64,000 nucleotides of DNA. Origin: Balanoglossus misakiensis. Lineage: Eukaryota; Animalia; Hemichordata. The notes beneath the pieces are model-generated. The model had not been told where the DNA came from. It saw only the letters and a list, made by a program, of their open reading frames with translations, and ran no database searches. Position 1 is the stretch's first letter. The number at the start of each line of letters is the position of its first letter. This document shows positions 60,051 through 64,000 of the stretch, piece by piece. The stretch covers positions 4,986,137 through 5,050,136 of the forward strand of contig CM082595.2 of the NCBI GenBank assembly GCA_040954595.2, in the 5' to 3' direction. Position numbers and translations under genes: made by a program.

Positions 60051-63000
60051 TGAGGACAACTTCTATACGGTCAAGAGTCTGCAGATATGGAATGGTATTG
60101 TGAAGTGTTAAATTGACCTATTTCTGGTCCTTTTGTTAACAGTTGTGCGCTGTTCACTTAATATATTCATTTTTAAATCTTTACAAATGAGCCCAAATCT
60201 TCAAAACAAATTAAAATCTACTAATTCTTAGTGTTCTAAACTACCGCGGGTATAGGCCCACAAGTTCACTAGATTCCTACAGTGGTCGTCAGTTCTACAT
60301 TTGCGGGCGATCGGCGTTAAAATTACGAGTCCTCGTCGATTGAATTGTCAAAGCCAATTGCCTATGACCACATTAACTCTGTAAATTACATGCATCCAGA
60401 ACAAGCCATGGCGAAAATGTTTGACAGGAGGGAAAAAAATTACCAGTGGTGAATTTGGCCCGCGTGAGGGCGCAGTGCTCGGCATTTGGATTGATGCTCA
60501 AACAGAGATGTTGCTCGTCTGACAACGGCTGATCCTGCACTTCTTAGCAACGGCTACAGACAATAGAGTTATCATTCCATAAGGTAGGTGGCGATCTACT
60601 ACTGGCAGTCGCTTTTTCTCCGCGCGCGCGTCTTCCCAGTCAGCGCGTCTCGGCAGCAAGCCGTCTCTTCCCATTTTTTCTCAGTTCCTTTTCCAGGTCT
60701 GTGAAACTCAAACAGCAAAGATGTCGCGAATGTAGCGCGGTCGCGTTGTCGGTAACAGTTTCCCAGGCAGGGTTTTTTATTTAAGAAAAAAAGACATACA
60801 TGTATAAGCGCGAGAGCGTAAATAGGTACACCCGGAGAATGTTGAAAGACTCTCTCAGAAACTGCAAGTTTTCTCCAGCTACCGTGATTGCACACAATCA
60901 TACGATAATACCCAACGCCGCGTGCCTTTGTCTATCAAAACGACTACGAAACATTAAGTAGATTTTGATTAAAAGGGGCGATATATTCCAATCAAATTAT
61001 GATATAATAATACAATAAAACCCACATCTATCATCAAAATTATTTTCATGTGCGCGTGGCGAGTGCAGTACTCAATATCAAACGGGCGATCGAGTATCAA
61101 CGGCGAGGGTGTCGTTCGTCCTGTGGCTCGTGAAACGCGGCCGCATGCACGTATAGGCCTACGCTACTATAAATGGAAAAAAATATCATTAGTTTTTATT
61201 CTCGGGGGCTGGGATAAGATTTTCCCCCGATAAGAGAATACACACACGCCTGTACAAGTGTGAGAATGGGACAGTTTCATTTATCTGCCCGGCCAATTAA
61301 CCGTATTCAATTCCGATCAAGGTTATAATTGACAAAATACGCGTGTGTTTATGAAAGTCGCGCGCGCCTAAATTGTCTGTAATTGTGTGCGTATGCGCAC
61401 TGAAAATAATATAATTGGGAAACGAATTCAGGACAGTGGGGAATGGAAAAGTGTAGATTTTTTATTTTTTTGTCAAGCCCATATTGTTATATGTACTTCA
61501 AAAGCTATGATTCGGGACAGGATGCTTTCTATAGTACAATTCTTTCTATTTTTGAAGTCCATATTGTGGTGATGTTTGCGCCAATGGCTATGTGAAGTTG
61601 AAGGGTACGTTGCCAAAAAAGCAAGTTGCGACTCGAAAATGACTGAGAAAGACGCTAACGTTGGTAGTGTAACGACGACGGCCAAGTTTTCGAATGTGAC
61701 ACGTGCGCGGTCAAAAAGTGGCCATGCATACGTCGAATGGATCCGCCTTCCTCATCGCAGGTTTCAAAACCATTCTTTCGTAAGAAAAAAAACGGCATTT
61801 AAACTCAGACTGGGTACTATACTAGTACATGTACTCTAAAACAGACGGCACATGCATGCTCTAACCCGTTTCCCCAGTAGCAAAATTCCGGTGGTTTCCC
61901 ATGCTCGCATCATTATTTTTACCAATTATGTATTTTACATCGCCCACCTTGCGCATGGCGATTGAAAGCCTCTGACACTGAACGTGAGAAAACCTATCGC
62001 CAGCGCGACCGTGCTCAACACGACTGGATCAATCCACGTCGGTGAAGTGGAGGTATAAAATACTAGTACACTGACATGACAATGTTAAAACATGTGCTAT
62101 CTCCCCGAATTTATTCGCAATAACCATAACCAGTATGTTGGATTATGTTTTTATTTTTCTCTTCCATTTCACCTCATCGAATTTCCTCTGTGTTTATCTA
62201 GCTGCCCCTATATTTGGCTGCTATGACGTCGATCGTCGAGATACTACATCTCTGTGAATTTTAAATTTCATAATCACCGCAAACGGGTTAATGTGCCGCA
62301 TAGCGAGACTAGACGCAAAAACGTTTATGCTTAGCTGGGTTAGCGCGTCAGAGCACGCTGACGCAACTGTCGACCACAAAGAATTTTACAAATATTAACA
62401 AGACAATTTCAAAGAAAGTCAAATAGTCTGTGAGATTTGAGTTGTTTATTTATTTGTTTGTGACAGTCTTGTCTCGCTCCAAACGAAAGAAAACTTAAGT
62501 TGATAGGTAGAATATGAAGGAAAGGCGTTCATGATCGGTTTCCGAGCCGCAAGACCGGTTAAAATTCCACCATAGACCATCAATCGCGCACGGTTCGTTC
62601 GATCAACGCTTCCATCTTCATTGATGACACACATGCGGGCGAGCCACGGACATTAACCGACGCAACGAATAAAACATTTGACGACAGTAATTAAAAGTAT
62701 TCGTGACCTATCCAACGCCTAGAGGGTGAGCTCCGCTTTAATAGTTGGAAGAAGACGAAATAAATTTCTGAAATAAATATTGCGGGTCAAAATTAAATAT
62801 TGCAAAATGCAGATGGGAATATGGCAACGTAGATTCGTTATAAGAAGTCTGGAATACCAAGTAATATACATAGAAGCGAATGGATACCGGGCCTTTTTCT
62901 AAACACGTGTAGAATAGTAATTATCACCATTCATTCGCAGACAGGCGGGATAGTCTAGATGTTCATAGAGCAACAAACGATTCTCAATTCTGCGTCTAAA

Positions 63001-63594
63001 CATTTGCATGATAAGAAAACAAGGACGCCTTGGTAGACATCAACGTGTATTCAAATGTTTAGAATTTCAAGCAAGCAAAATCAGCATGCGACACCCACAG
63101 CATAGAGGCGTCGACGGCAAAATCCCCCAGCTGCCGAATTGAAGTCGCGCGGTTGCAAGTTTTAACAATGACGTCATTCTCATCGGGTGTGACGACACAT
63201 ACTATTATAAAAACGGTCTAAAGGATTCTGTTGAAGCTTTCACTGTCCCAGCCCTTTCTTCCAGACGTACACGGCGTGCTTTAGGCCTTTTTTCAACTCG
63301 TCCATCGTTGTCCCCTGTTTCTTGCGATGCGTTTGCCGATTTCCGTTCGTTTTCCCCATCTTTTATATCCGCCATCCTCACCCTGACTACATGTTGTTTT
63401 TTACTTCTGATGAATTTTCATTTCACTTTTTGGATACTTCAGGATTTCACGACCCATAAGGGCGTGTTTTGACGCACGTACATCACTTGTGTTTGACGTT
63501 TTCGTTATAGTTAACATGGAAAGTCCTTCTTTATTGTCGTAAATACTAGAAATATTGTCTGTACACACAGATAACCAGGTAAAGGTAGGTAGGT

Positions 63595-63806
<212 letters not shown>

Positions 63807-64000
63807 CTCAACTACTAACTCCGAGTCCAAGATCAGACGCAACTTCCCAAGGTCATCATGAGTATTATCAAACCGACGATATCCATTTACCCATGACTTT
63901 GACCTCATAGTTTAAACCCAGGATCGAGTTTCGCCAGAGGTTCGCCAAGGACAGGTTGTAACTGTATCTCGGCTGTACACCTTCTATGAAGCACGTGAAA

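Noticed and set aside
59647-60111. Ser/Leu/Pro-rich ORFs
   Set aside because: Translation of a (CT)n tract.

Overview
This is AT-rich, intron-containing eukaryotic DNA. The gene set and repeats suggest an invertebrate deuterostome, possibly a hemichordate (inference only). I reconstructed 12 spliced genes by hand, with exon phases summing to whole codons. Four are divergent ST6Gal-type (GT29) sialyltransferases that share one 4-exon layout. The others are a ZNF362/ZNF384/rotund-type zinc-finger gene, a Lys-rich two-RRM protein, a short membrane-anchored TTC17-like TPR protein, DDOST/OST48, an UNC93A-like transporter, a three-exon CYP2-clan P450, LSG1 and MRPL20. Three of these pairs lie head-to-head. 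Notable non-coding structure includes a ~3.5-kb spacerless foldback built from an 88-bp satellite inside a sialyltransferase intron, and an AT-AC U12 intron in LSG1 that carries a TTAA-flanked MITE. There are also two GC-AG introns, a probable solo LTR inside a (GTAT)n tract, several MITE families and many microsatellites. Most ORFs in the supplied track are microsatellite, antisense or intron read-through artefacts. No prokaryotic features (CRISPR, operons) are present.
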